Positions 50,193 through 59,589 are shown, counted from the stretch's first letter. The stretch is 64,000 nt of DNA from Deltaproteobacteria bacterium (GCA_037441565.1 JBBIRW010000005.1:69917-133916); one strand, 5' to 3'. Notes: generated by a model not told the origin, from the letters alone. A program made the numbers and translations.

Positions 50193-50761
50193 AATTTCTT
50201 AAGCCCTTTTATTTTATCAATGTATTCAGTAAGCAACCTTTCGTGATCCGACTCTTGAATATTTCTCTTTATGAGCTGCTCTGTTATCTTCAATGAAAGA
50301 TCAACAGCTTCTTCCTTAAGCGCAATCTTTGCCTTTTTTACTTCCTGCTGGGCAATAAATATGGCTTGCTCCCTTATCCTCTCCGCTGCTTCCCTGGCCT
50401 CCTTCAAAATCCTCTCCCTTTCCATATCCCCTTCCCTTCTATAACTTTCTATAAGCTCATCTATATGGCTCTGCAGGTTAGACATCTTCTTCTCGATCTC
50501 CTGAAACCTCTCCTCAGCCTCCTTTATAGCAGCCCTGGACTCCTCGATCGCCCTTTTTATATCAGTAGATCTTTTCCTTAGGTTTTCCCTGCCATATTTA
50601 TTATAGGCATAATAACCGATCCCGATCATGATTGCGAAATTTATACCATGCCATATTATTGTTCCCCACCCCCTTGCCTCCTCCCCAGCTGCAGCTGCTC
50701 CAGATGAGGCAAAAAATAGAAGAATGATGGCGGCAAAGAAATATATAGGCCTTTTACTCAT
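50189..50761 (-). CDS. atpF: F0F1 ATP synthase subunit b
   Basis: Single N-terminal TM followed by a long charged helix. Start moved to the ATG at 50761 (MSKRPIYFF...), 4 nt after the b' stop. The track ORF extends to 50800. Confidence 0.8.
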   Translation of the reverse strand: MSKRPIYFFAAIILLFFASSGAAAAGEEARGWGTIIWHGINFAIMIGIGYYAYNKYGRENLRKRSTDIKRAIEESRAAIKEAEERFQEIEKKMSNLQSHIDELIESYRREGDMERERILKEAREAAERIREQAIFIAQQEVKKAKIALKEEAVDLSLKITEQLIKRNIQESDHERLLTEYIDKIKGLKKL

Positions 50762-51194
50762 TAATAACCTTCCTTCCCAGGATCTTTTCTGCAAGATCAA
50801 AAGCTATCTTTTCGGCATCCCTCCTTAAAATCTTTCTTGCCTCCTCCGCCTCCCTCTGAATCCTTTCCCTCATCTCCTCGATCATCTTATTCCCCTGGTC
50901 CTGCGCCCTTAAAATTATCTCCCTCTCTGCTGCCATGGCCTCTTTTCTTATCATCTCTTTCTCCTCAGCTGCCCTCTGCCTTGCTTCATAAATTTTTAGC
51001 TCATACTCTGCAAGCCTCCTTTCCGCCTCCTCCATCAGCTCCTTTGCCCTCCTCCTCGGCTCCTCTATCCTCCTCTTTCTCTCCTCTATTATCTGAAGAA
51101 GGGGCTTAAAAAGGAATTTTGACAGGGAAATCATAACAATGAGAAAGATGGCAATTTGGATAAGCAGATTTCCAATTGATGGGATTTCAATCAT
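50754..51194 (-). CDS. F0F1 ATP synthase subunit b' (second b-type stalk subunit)
   Basis: N-terminal TM (LLIQIAIFLIVMISL) followed by a long Glu/Arg/Ala-rich helix. It lies immediately upstream of atpF. Confidence 0.72.
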   Translation of the reverse strand: MIEIPSIGNLLIQIAIFLIVMISLSKFLFKPLLQIIEERKRRIEEPRRRAKELMEEAERRLAEYELKIYEARQRAAEEKEMIRKEAMAAEREIILRAQDQGNKMIEEMRERIQREAEEARKILRRDAEKIAFDLAEKILGRKVINE

Positions 51195-51250
51195 ATGTTA
51201 AATCTTTTGTGCCTTAAAAATAAACCAAATTTTAATAGCACAACCCTTTA

Positions 51251-51685
51251 TTAACTGTCAAGGGTTTTATTGATGCTTCTCTCTGGGGACCCAGAAGCTT
51301 GCATGGAACAATTTCCTTCAAAAAATGCGCCCTCCTCCATAATCAGCGTGGGTGCAACGATGCTCCCAAAAACCTGCCCTTTGGATCTGATTTCTACCTT
51401 CCCGCTGGAATAAATTTCACCTTCCACCCTACCTTTAATTATAAGATTATTGACCTTTATCTGACCCTTTAGCTCTCCACTTTCGCCAACTATCACAGTC
51501 TCCGTTGATAAAATCTCGCCCTCCATTTTTCCATCGATCCTTGCAAGACCGTTAAGCTGGATCTTTCCGTTGATATGGACGCTGACTCCTACAAAGGCAG
51601 AAAGCTCCTCTTTGATAATATCAGGAACTTTTCCGCCTCCATCTTCACCTTTCATAGGTACCCTTTTTCTCCATAATATATCCAT
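51251..51685 (-). CDS. bactofilin family cytoskeletal protein
   Basis: Repetitive beta-helix pattern (V.I.G.I.G.I......V.I...G.V.G.I). An alternative ATG lies at 51655. Confidence 0.85.
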   Translation of the reverse strand: MDILWRKRVPMKGEDGGGKVPDIIKEELSAFVGVSVHINGKIQLNGLARIDGKMEGEILSTETVIVGESGELKGQIKVNNLIIKGRVEGEIYSSGKVEIRSKGQVFGSIVAPTLIMEEGAFFEGNCSMQASGSPERSINKTLDS

Positions 51686-51698
51686 TAATCCATCCTCC

Positions 51699-52565
51699 TT
51701 AGTCCTTTATGATCAATTCCATTATCCTCTCAAGCTCTTCACGCGAAAAGAAATAGATTACAACCCTTCCCCTCCCTTTTCTGAAATGGATCTGAACCTT
51801 TGTTGCCAGTATCTTTCTCAATTCATCCTCCAGAGGCTTTATTTCAGATGGAATCCTCCTCGAAATCACGCTTGCAGACCTTTCTGCTGATGATAACCTT
51901 TTTACGAACTCTTCTGTTTCCCTTACGGAGAGTTTTTTCTTAATAATATGATCCCTTGCCTTCAGCTGGAGTTTCATCTTTCCCAGGGAAAGGATTGCCC
52001 TTGCATGACCTGCAGAGATATTGCCTTTTATCAGGTCATCCTTTATCTCACGGGGAAGCCTTAAAAGCCTCAGTGTATTTGCAATAGTAGTTCTCTCCTT
52101 TCCAATCTTTTTGGCAATCTCCTCCTGTGAATAACCAAATTTCTCGATAAGATACTGATAAGCCTCCGCCTCCTCTATGGGATTGAGATCCTCCCTCTGG
52201 ATATTCTCTATCAAGGCAATCTGCAATGCCTCTTCCTCAGAAATATCCTTTACTATCGCAGGGATCTCTTCAAGATTTGCTATTTTTGCTGCCCTGAGCC
52301 TCCTTTCGCCTGCAATCAGTTCATATCCATCCTTCGCTTTTCTCACAATAATCGGCTGAAGGATCCCCTTTTCCTTTATAGATTGGGCAAGCTCCCTGAT
52401 CTTTATGCCCTCAAAATGCCTCCTTGGCTGATATCTGCTTGAAACTATCTCATTTATTCTTATAAATTGGATCCCCCCTCCCGCAGCAATCTGCTCAACA
52501 GGAAGAAGCGCACCCAACCCCCTCCCCAGCGCCTTTCTTTTACTGATCCCCTCTTTTTCGTTCAT
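51699..52565 (-). CDS. parB: chromosome partitioning protein ParB/Spo0J
   Basis: KRKALGRGLGALL, the GERRLRAAK box, and an HTH. Confidence 0.95.
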   Translation of the reverse strand: MNEKEGISKRKALGRGLGALLPVEQIAAGGGIQFIRINEIVSSRYQPRRHFEGIKIRELAQSIKEKGILQPIIVRKAKDGYELIAGERRLRAAKIANLEEIPAIVKDISEEEALQIALIENIQREDLNPIEEAEAYQYLIEKFGYSQEEIAKKIGKERTTIANTLRLLRLPREIKDDLIKGNISAGHARAILSLGKMKLQLKARDHIIKKKLSVRETEEFVKRLSSAERSASVISRRIPSEIKPLEDELRKILATKVQIHFRKGRGRVVIYFFSREELERIMELIIKD

Positions 52566-53316
52566 TGGAAATTATCTCCTTGGCAAGTTCTAAATAGCTA
52601 ACTGCCCCACGACAGGTTGCATCATAAAGGATAACAGGCTTTCCGTAGCTTGGGGACTCGCTTAATCGAACGTTCCGCGGGATGATTGTATTGAAAACCT
52701 TCTTTCTGAAATGCCTTCTTACCTCCTCAGCAACCTGCCTGCAAAGATTATTTCTGCTATCGAACATTGTAAGCAGTATCCCCTCAATCTCAAGGGTTGA
52801 ATTTAGTGTTGACCTGATTATTCCGATCGTTTTGAAGAGCTGACTTAATCCCTCCAGTGCGTAATATTCACACTGAAGTGGTATGAGAACAGAGTCGCTA
52901 CATGTTAATGCATTTATGGTAAGAAGCCCGAGGGAAGGAGGGCAGTCAAGGATTATATAGGAAAATCTGTCTTTTATCCTCTTCAGTATATCCCTCAGGA
53001 CGAATTCCCTCGCCTCCATTCCAACAAGCTCTACCTCTGCACCTATGAGATCATGGGTTGAAGGAACCATGTAGAGGTAAGGGATGGCTGTTTTCCTGAC
53101 CGCCTTATCTATCCTTATTCTCTGAATCATGACATCATATATGTTCCCTTTTTCATTTGGAGAAAATCCAAGACCGCTTGTTGCATTTGCCTGAGGATCA
53201 ATGTCAATTAGTAAAGTGCTCATTTCAGCAATTGCAATGGAAGCCGAAAGATTTATTGCCGTTGTCGTCTTTCCCACACCACCCTTCTGATTAGCAATAC
53301 ATATCGTTTTCCCCAT
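52540..53316 (-). CDS. parA: chromosome partitioning ATPase ParA/Soj
   Basis: Deviant Walker A NQKGGVGKTT. Overlaps parB by 26 nt. Confidence 0.95.
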   Translation of the reverse strand: MGKTICIANQKGGVGKTTTAINLSASIAIAEMSTLLIDIDPQANATSGLGFSPNEKGNIYDVMIQRIRIDKAVRKTAIPYLYMVPSTHDLIGAEVELVGMEAREFVLRDILKRIKDRFSYIILDCPPSLGLLTINALTCSDSVLIPLQCEYYALEGLSQLFKTIGIIRSTLNSTLEIEGILLTMFDSRNNLCRQVAEEVRRHFRKKVFNTIIPRNVRLSESPSYGKPVILYDATCRGAVSYLELAKEIISNERKRGDQ

Positions 53317-53368
53317 TTCTCAAAGAAAATATCACAGACAGGATAAAAATGAAAGCATCATCTGCTTT

Positions 53369-53384
53369 TGTTTCACGTGAAACA
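53369..53384. promoter_or_regulatory. parS centromere-like site (ParB binding)
   Basis: Perfect 16-bp palindrome TGTTTCACGTGAAACA, equal to the chromosomal parS consensus. It overlaps the last codons (Cys-Phe-Thr-stop) of rsmG. Confidence 0.88.
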
Positions 53385-54032
53385 CCCCCCTTTAAACCTT
53401 AAAATTAGCACAGACCTTTGAAGATCGGAAAAGGGGATCGTATAGCTGTATATGCCTTCAAGTTTCCATTGTCTCTTCTCCCGCATATCCATGGATTCCC
53501 ATTCATCCGCTCCCTTTTCTCCCTTCATAGCAAGGAATATACCCCCATCTTTAAGAAGGCCGCCTACAATCGTAATAATCTCACTGAGTGGCCCTGCGGC
53601 CCTGCTAACGATCTTTTCAAACTGCATCTTCCCTATGAAGGATTCAGCCCTCCCCCTAATGATGTTCAGATCAGTTAATCCGAGCACTCTTTTTATATGT
53701 TTCAGGAATCCAGCCTTTTTTGCAGATGCCTCCATCAGTGTTAACCTAAGTAATGGTCTCACTATCTTCAGAGGGATACCAGGAAATCCTGCACCTGTTC
53801 CCATATCAAGAATAGCCTCTGACTCTGAGATTAAGGGATTTATGAAGAGGGAGTCAAGGAAGTGCCTGATAATAATCCCTTTTTCATCCCTGATTCCTGT
53901 AAGATTTATACTCCTGTTCCAGATCATCAATTCCTCAAGATATAAACTGAAGGCGTATAGTTCAGCCTCTGTAATCTTAACCCCCGCCTGGCTCCCACCC
54001 TTACAGAGTATCCTTTCCAACTCCTTCCGCAT
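53373..54032 (-). CDS. rsmG: 16S rRNA (guanine527-N7)-methyltransferase
   Basis: GidB-like sequence (NLTGIRD, DMGTGAGFPGIPL) and its conserved position between mnmE and parA. Confidence 0.9.
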   Translation of the reverse strand: MRKELERILCKGGSQAGVKITEAELYAFSLYLEELMIWNRSINLTGIRDEKGIIIRHFLDSLFINPLISESEAILDMGTGAGFPGIPLKIVRPLLRLTLMEASAKKAGFLKHIKRVLGLTDLNIIRGRAESFIGKMQFEKIVSRAAGPLSEIITIVGGLLKDGGIFLAMKGEKGADEWESMDMREKRQWKLEGIYSYTIPFSDLQRSVLILRFKGGCFT

Positions 54033-54051
54033 TTATAAATACTCGAATTAA

Positions 54052-54067
54052 TGTTTCACGTGAAACA
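54052..54067. promoter_or_regulatory. parS centromere-like site (ParB binding)
   Basis: Second perfect TGTTTCACGTGAAACA, within the 18-bp palindrome ATGTTTCACGTGAAACAT at 54051-54068. It lies in the mnmE-rsmG intergenic gap. Confidence 0.88.
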
Positions 54068-54077
54068 TTGTATATTA

Positions 54078-55448
54078 TTATTTTCCCACACAGAAATTCT
54101 TGAAGATCTCATCAAGTATATCATCCGTGGTAAATTCCCCAGTAATCTCACATACTGCCTGGAGGGCATCCTTCACCTCTATCGATATTATCTCTTCAGG
54201 TGCACCTTCCTTCATCAACATGATTGCCCTCTCCATTGATCCCTTTGCCCTCTCCAGACACAATCTGTGCCTTTCACCTATAATAACTCCCTCCGGACGA
54301 TTGATTTCGATGGTCCTCTTTATCTCACCCTTCAGTTCTTCAACCCCCCATCCATAAAGGGCTGAAATTTCGTAAATAGCCCTCCTCCAAGGGATAAGTG
54401 CATCGATATCCCTCCGGGAAACAATCCTATCCTTATCGATCTTATTTATCACAGCAATTACACTTCTGCCTTTCAAATCATCTGCAATCCTTAAGTCCTC
54501 ATCACCCAGTGCTGTGCTGCCATCAACCATGAAAACAACGACCTCTGCCTCATCAATTGTCTTTCTTGACCTTTTTATCCCCTCCATTTCAACTGGATCC
54601 TCTGGCTCCCTTATGCCTGCAGTATCAACAAGGACTATCCTCTTTCCATCGAGATATATTTCCTCCTCAACTGTATCCCTTGTTGTTCCCGGCCATTCTG
54701 TAACAATTGCCCTATCCTTTCTCAACATCGTGTTAAGGAGGCTTGATTTGCCCACATTTGTCCTTCCGACGATTGCAACCCTATGCCCTCCTCTCATATA
54801 TCTCCCTTCCTCATAGCCCTTTAGCAACCCATCTATTTCATCAAGAATCTGCAGGGAGAGCCCATTCATCCGGTCCCTGTCTATTTCAATATCCTCATCA
54901 TTGAAATCGATATCTGCTTCAAGTATTGCTGCAACCAGCTTAAGATCCGCTGTTAGCTTTACAAATCTTTCTGAAAGCCCCCCTCTTAGCTGAAAAGAGG
55001 CAATTGCAAGCTCTTCTTCGCTTTTTGCCCTTATCAGCTCGCACACCGCTTCAGCTTGAATGAGATCCATCTTCCCATTTAGAAATGCCCTCTTTGTATA
55101 CTCACCAGGCTCAGCCATCCGTGCACCATTTCTTATAAAGATATTGATGATCTTTTTAAGAATCAAAGGGTTGCCATGCGCATGGATCTCAACCATATCT
55201 TCTCCCGTATAGGAATATGGCCCTTTGAAAAATGCATACAATACATCATCAACCCACCTGCCGCTCTCCGGATCTATAACCCTTCCCCTGAAAAGGAGTC
55301 TGGGCGTTATCTTCTCTCTGAAAGGCTCGATTATCTTCGATGAGATGCGATGTGCATCCGGACCGCTAACCCTTATGATTCCAATTGCCCCCACACCCTC
55401 AGGTGTGGCAACAGCAACAATGGTGTCTCCTCCAAGAAATCCTTTCAT
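54078..55448 (-). CDS. mnmE: tRNA modification GTPase MnmE/TrmE
   Basis: G domain GRTNVGKSSLLN, DTAG, NKID, and the C-terminal CVGK motif. Confidence 0.95.
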   Translation of the reverse strand: MKGFLGGDTIVAVATPEGVGAIGIIRVSGPDAHRISSKIIEPFREKITPRLLFRGRVIDPESGRWVDDVLYAFFKGPYSYTGEDMVEIHAHGNPLILKKIINIFIRNGARMAEPGEYTKRAFLNGKMDLIQAEAVCELIRAKSEEELAIASFQLRGGLSERFVKLTADLKLVAAILEADIDFNDEDIEIDRDRMNGLSLQILDEIDGLLKGYEEGRYMRGGHRVAIVGRTNVGKSSLLNTMLRKDRAIVTEWPGTTRDTVEEEIYLDGKRIVLVDTAGIREPEDPVEMEGIKRSRKTIDEAEVVVFMVDGSTALGDEDLRIADDLKGRSVIAVINKIDKDRIVSRRDIDALIPWRRAIYEISALYGWGVEELKGEIKRTIEINRPEGVIIGERHRLCLERAKGSMERAIMLMKEGAPEEIISIEVKDALQAVCEITGEFTTDDILDEIFKNFCVGK

Positions 55449-55458
55449 AGATTGCTTC

Positions 55459-57021
55459 TTATGCCTTTACTTCCTTGAGCATCCTGTTTATAAAAATCTG
55501 CTGGATAATGGAAAGGATGTTGTTAATAAGCCAGTACAAAACAAGCCCTGATGGAAAGTAGATAGAAATGATGGTAAAGAAGATCGGGAGGAAAAGGAGC
55601 ATCTTTTCCTGTGTAGGATCACCTCCACTGGGTGTTATCCATTGCTGAATGAACATAGTTACACCCATAAGCACGGGTGTTATGTAGTAGTGATCATAAT
55701 CGGAAAGATCCTTTATCCACATTATAAATGGTGCATGCCGGAGCTCTATGGCAATAAGAAGAACTTTATACAGTGCAAAGAAGACTGGAATCTGAACGAT
55801 TATGGGAAGACATCCCCCGAAGGGGTTTACCTTATGTATCCTGTAGAGCTGCATTATCTCTTTGTTGAGTTTCTCCGGCTCATTCTTATATTTTTCTCTG
55901 AGCGCTGTTATCTTGGGCTGCAATTTTTGTATCTCTTTCATAGATCGGAATTGATATATGCTCAGCGGAAAAAATATGATCTTTATTATCATTGTTAACA
56001 GGGCTATTGCATATCCATAATTACCAGTTATCCTGTAAAAAAATTTAAGCACGTACAAAAATGGCCTTGCAAGAAATCCAAAGTATCCAAACTCGATCGT
56101 TCGCTCCAGCCCGATCCCCATTCCCTTCAGTATTTCGATCTGTTTTGGTCCTGCAAAAATAGTAATTTTAAGTCTTCTGTCTTCCTTGATAACATCGGAT
56201 AGCTCTACTATTGCCCTTTCATCCTTTCTTGAAAACACTGCCCTTCCACCCTTTTCCATGATCAGCGCGATAAGGAAATATTTGCTGTCCATACCTGCCC
56301 AGAAAACATCCCTTTTCAAAGAACCAGCTTCATCCCATTTTTCGCTTTCCTTTTTCTCGAATTCCTTCCCATTAAACCAGACTCCGCGGGAAAGGTATAT
56401 ATCTTCATGTTTTTTAACTCCTGCAGGAAGATTGCAAGAAAATCTCATCCCATAGGGAGGCGTTCCTATATTACCTATCTCTATTTCAACATCAATAATG
56501 TATCTGTCCGCATAAAAGGTATATGTCTTTATAATATACCCCCCCTTTGGATTTTTCCATTTCAGGACGACATTCCCTTTTCCACTTTTTATTACTGCTT
56601 CTTTTATATCAGATCGGAAGACGGCATTTGATGATACCAATTCCCTGTCAAGAATATCCGCATGAATTACCCCCCTTTTTCCATTCTGCTTAAGAATATC
56701 AATGGGTTTTCCATCCTTTCCGACTCTATCCCTGTAGTTTATTAATTCAATGGCGATCAGCGATCCATCTGCCTCATTTAAAACCGCCCTGTATAGCTGG
56801 GTTTCTACAACTATACCCCTCCCCTCAGATGCGAGATCAGGGGGCTTTACTGCCCTTCTCGTCTTAACTTCACCAATATCTGCAACCCCTTTTTCCCTGG
56901 GTTCCACCTTCCCACCCTCCGTTTTAATTGGGGCCCTTTTTGCAGAAATATACTGAAATACAATGATAATCAAAACAGAGAGTATTATTGCCAGGAGTGT
57001 CCTCTTCTCCATATCATCCAT
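55459..57021 (-). CDS. yidC: membrane protein insertase YidC
   Basis: N-terminal TM, large periplasmic domain, and a conserved C-terminal 5-TM core (GGCLPIIVQIPVFFALY). Confidence 0.93.
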   Translation of the reverse strand: MDDMEKRTLLAIILSVLIIIVFQYISAKRAPIKTEGGKVEPREKGVADIGEVKTRRAVKPPDLASEGRGIVVETQLYRAVLNEADGSLIAIELINYRDRVGKDGKPIDILKQNGKRGVIHADILDRELVSSNAVFRSDIKEAVIKSGKGNVVLKWKNPKGGYIIKTYTFYADRYIIDVEIEIGNIGTPPYGMRFSCNLPAGVKKHEDIYLSRGVWFNGKEFEKKESEKWDEAGSLKRDVFWAGMDSKYFLIALIMEKGGRAVFSRKDERAIVELSDVIKEDRRLKITIFAGPKQIEILKGMGIGLERTIEFGYFGFLARPFLYVLKFFYRITGNYGYAIALLTMIIKIIFFPLSIYQFRSMKEIQKLQPKITALREKYKNEPEKLNKEIMQLYRIHKVNPFGGCLPIIVQIPVFFALYKVLLIAIELRHAPFIMWIKDLSDYDHYYITPVLMGVTMFIQQWITPSGGDPTQEKMLLFLPIFFTIISIYFPSGLVLYWLINNILSIIQQIFINRMLKEVKA

Positions 57022-57053
57022 GGATCATCTACCCTTCTCTATCCGTGATATGC

Positions 57054-57272
57054 TCACATATCAGGCGGAGGATCATAACCCCCATAGCTCCAGGGATTAC
57101 ATCTAAGAATCCTTCTACTTATAATCAAAAGCCCGTTTAAAAAGGGGCGGTTTCCTTTTAGCACAATCATTGCATATGTGCTGCAGGAAGGGTAAAACCT
57201 GCAGTTCCTTCCCAGGAATGGTGAAATTGTGATTTTATAAAGTCTTAATAACAGGAGAAAAAGCGCCTTCAT
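57054..57272 (-). CDS. yidD: membrane protein insertion efficiency factor YidD
   Basis: YK..ISP.LG..CRFYPSCS.YA motif, 72 aa. Confidence 0.87.
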   Translation of the reverse strand: MKALFLLLLRLYKITISPFLGRNCRFYPSCSTYAMIVLKGNRPFLNGLLIISRRILRCNPWSYGGYDPPPDM

Positions 57273-57622
57273 AGATTTTTAAATATATTTATTAACTCCT
57301 TTTCTATCTCTGAGAAACCCACATCCAATTGAGTCTCTTTCTTATATATGATATATATGTCCTTGCCCTGTGGAAAAAGGAGTTTATTTTTCCTGAATAC
57401 CTCCCTTAACAACCTTTTTATGTAATTACGACTTACAGAGCTCCCGGCCTTCTTCCCAACACTTACCCCCAGCCTTCTATAACCATGCTCATTTTCTGAT
57501 AATAATATTATAAAATGATCCGTTGATAATCGTTGACACCTTTTGGTTCGCAGGAATTCGCGCCCCTCTATCCTCTCCTTCTTGCTTAACCCCTGGGAAG
57601 CTCTATTTTTTTGGGATCTCAA
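57269..57622 (-). CDS. rnpA: ribonuclease P protein component
   Basis: Basic 117-aa protein with [22 protein letters not shown], positioned between rpmH and yidD. The exact start is uncertain because the ORF overlaps the rpmH 3' end. Confidence 0.85.
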   Translation of the reverse strand: MRSQKNRASQGLSKKERIEGREFLRTKRCQRLSTDHFIILLSENEHGYRRLGVSVGKKAGSSVSRNYIKRLLREVFRKNKLLFPQGKDIYIIYKKETQLDVGFSEIEKELINIFKNL

Positions 57623-57752
57623 CGGTAAGCCTCTTTCTCCCCTTTTCTCTTCTTCTTTTCAGAACACGCTGGCCACCCTTTGTCTCCATCCTCTTCAAGA
57701 ACCCATGTGTCCTCTTTCTCCTCAAATTGTGTGGTTGATATGTTCTTTTCAT
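57603..57752 (-). CDS. rpmH: 50S ribosomal protein L34
   Basis: Not in the ORF track because it is under 60 aa. Hand translation gives [49 protein letters not shown]-stop, the canonical L34 sequence. Confidence 0.92.
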   Translation of the reverse strand: MKRTYQPHNLRRKRTHGFLKRMETKGGQRVLKRRREKGRKRLTVEIPKK

Positions 57753-57920
57753 TCCAAAACTCCTTTAAAATCCTGAGGGCATATTATTTAAACTTTTTTT
57801 AATCCATTATGTCAATAGTTCAGTTGCTTGGGAAAAAAAATTTAATTGATTTTCAATAATTTCTATTTTCCAATCGTTTTAACCCTATATAAAATATCGA
57901 ATCTAAATCGAAATTTTTTT

Positions 57921-57949
57921 TTGACATGTTTTCGTCCAGGTGATACCAA
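57921..57949 (+). promoter_or_regulatory. possible dnaA promoter
   Basis: TTGACA (57921-57926), a 17-nt spacer, and a weak -10 TACCAA (57944-57949). It lies upstream of the DnaA-box cluster and the dnaA ATG. Confidence 0.25.
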
Positions 57950-58040
57950 TAACTCCATAATTTATGTTCAAACCAATCCTAATACATTATAAACAACCAA
58001 TTATTTACTTAACCATGCATACTTCATATATCTTTTTAGG

Positions 58041-58072
58041 TTATCAACAGCTGTTGATAACCCTGTGAATAA
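58041..58072. promoter_or_regulatory. DnaA-box cluster upstream of dnaA (inverted pair plus a third box)
   Basis: TTATCAACA (58041-58049) and TGTTGATAA (58052-58060) form the perfect 20-bp palindrome TTATCAACAGCTGTTGATAA. TGTGAATAA (58064-58072) is the reverse complement of TTATTCACA and fits TTATNCACA. The boxes end about 20 nt before the dnaA start, inside a 340-bp AT-rich rpmH-dnaA spacer. Confidence 0.65.
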
Positions 58073-58092
58073 ATGGACTGCTGTGGAGAGTA

Positions 58093-59439
58093 ATGGATAT
58101 GAGTGAAAGCTGGAAAAGGTGCACAGAGATTATTAAAGAGATCATTACCGACGATAATTTTGAAAAGTGGATTAAGCCATTAAAGCCCATAGGATTAATC
58201 GGTAACGAATATATTCTTGAGGTCCCGAATAAATTTCTGAGGGACTGGATTTTTGAAAACTACCGATCAATAATTATAGAAAGCCTTAAAAAGGCTCTTA
58301 ATAATCCCGAGATCTCCCTCTCATTCACTGTTCCTGATGAAAATAACCTTCCAAGGAGAGAGGGGACAAAGCAAAGGCCACCATATTTTGATCCATCATC
58401 AATTATTATAAATAGAATCTATAAATTTGAAAATTTTGTAGTCGGACCTTGCAATCAGTTTGCCCATGCAGCAGCCCTTGCAGTAGCTACAAATCCTGCA
58501 AAATCTTACAATCCACTTTTTATCTATGGAGGTGTTGGGCTTGGAAAAACACATCTTCTCAATGCTATCGCAAATTATATCTACAACACAGATCCCGGAA
58601 GAAGGGTCTGTTATGTAACATCTGAAAAATTTATGAATGAGCTTATAAATTCAATACGTTTTGATAAGATGGATCAATTCAGAAATAAATATCGCAGCAT
58701 GGATGTTCTTTTAATCGATGATATTCAATTTCTCTCAGGAAAGGAAAGAACACAGGAGGAATTTTTTCACACATTTAACACGCTTTATGAAGCCAGGAAG
58801 CAGATAGTTATAAGTAGCGATAGATTTCCCAAGGACATACCTCATCTTGAGAATAGACTTAAATCAAGGTTTGAATCGGGGTTAATAGCTGATATCCAGC
58901 CACCGGATTTTGAAACGCTTCTGGCCATAATTGAAAAGAAAATGGAATCTCACTCCATCCAATTGCCCGGAGAGGTTGTTGAGCTGCTTGCAAGAAATAT
59001 AAATTCAAATATAAGGGAGCTCGAGGGCGCCCTTGTAAAGCTCGTTGCATATGCCTCTCTCACAAAAAGGGATATAACAATAGATATTGCAAGGGATTTA
59101 CTGAAGGAATATCTATCGCGAGTAAGGAGGGATATAAGTATTGAAGACATACAGAGGATCGTCTCATCCTATTTCAATATTAAATTAAACGATTTAAAGT
59201 CTCCCAGGCGTTCAAAAGACCTTTCCTTTCCAAGACAGATAGCAATGTATCTCTGCAGATCCCTCACAAAGAGCTCTTTTCCAGAAATCGGTATAAGATT
59301 TGGTGGAAAAGATCACGCTACGGTTATCCATGCTGTAAAAAAGATAGAGAAACTTATTGTGCAAGATGAAAAGATAAGGATTATTATCGAAGATATAAAA
59401 TCGAATATTATGAATAATAGTAGAAATAATTGTGAATAA
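58093..59439 (+). CDS. dnaA: chromosomal replication initiator protein DnaA
   Basis: AAA+ Walker A GGVGLGKTHLL and C-terminal DNA-binding domain (...GGKDHATVIHAVKKI). Confidence 0.98.
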   Translation: MDMSESWKRCTEIIKEIITDDNFEKWIKPLKPIGLIGNEYILEVPNKFLRDWIFENYRSIIIESLKKALNNPEISLSFTVPDENNLPRREGTKQRPPYFDPSSIIINRIYKFENFVVGPCNQFAHAAALAVATNPAKSYNPLFIYGGVGLGKTHLLNAIANYIYNTDPGRRVCYVTSEKFMNELINSIRFDKMDQFRNKYRSMDVLLIDDIQFLSGKERTQEEFFHTFNTLYEARKQIVISSDRFPKDIPHLENRLKSRFESGLIADIQPPDFETLLAIIEKKMESHSIQLPGEVVELLARNINSNIRELEGALVKLVAYASLTKRDITIDIARDLLKEYLSRVRRDISIEDIQRIVSSYFNIKLNDLKSPRRSKDLSFPRQIAMYLCRSLTKSSFPEIGIRFGGKDHATVIHAVKKIEKLIVQDEKIRIIIEDIKSNIMNNSRNNCE

Positions 59440-59589
59440 TATATGCATTAAATTTTCTTGTTGATAAATAATGGATTTTGATTTTTTTTATGATCGAAAT
59501 AGTCTATTATGGGTGCTGATTTTTTTATTTTTCAACATATACACAGGCTATATAATTACGAGATTTAATATATTATAGAGGAAATTAAA
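59431..59589. other. candidate oriC segment: DnaA boxes plus AT-rich unwinding region in the dnaA-dnaN spacer
   Basis: TGTGAATAA (59431-59439, overlapping the dnaA stop) and TGTTGATAA (59459-59467). These are followed by T-tract repeats GATTTTGATTTTTTTTATGATCG and GCTGATTTTTTTATTTTTC. Confidence 0.5.

Noticed and set aside
53452-54051. Long antisense ORFs in the six-frame track that could be mistaken for genes. Examples: 53452-54051 (+, 199 aa), 60123-60704 (-, 193 aa), 8926-9531 (+, 201 aa), 19745-20188 (-, 147 aa), 9631-10095 (+, 154 aa), 40906-41307 (+, 133 aa).
   Set aside because: Each lies entirely inside, and antisense to, a gene with unmistakable family motifs (rsmG, dnaN, thiL/lon, rsmE, lon, ClC). 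Their translations are low-complexity and rich in Ser, Pro, Leu and Ile, with no recognisable motifs. This is typical of shadow ORFs.
57728-57742. Possible extra DnaA box (TGTGTGGTTGATATG) near the rpmH start, and weak boxes at 57987 (TTATAAACA), 58001 (TTATTTACT) and 60793 (TATTGATAA).
   Set aside because: Each has two or more mismatches to TTATNCACA, or lies in coding sequence. They cannot be told apart from chance in AT-rich DNA without a scoring matrix.
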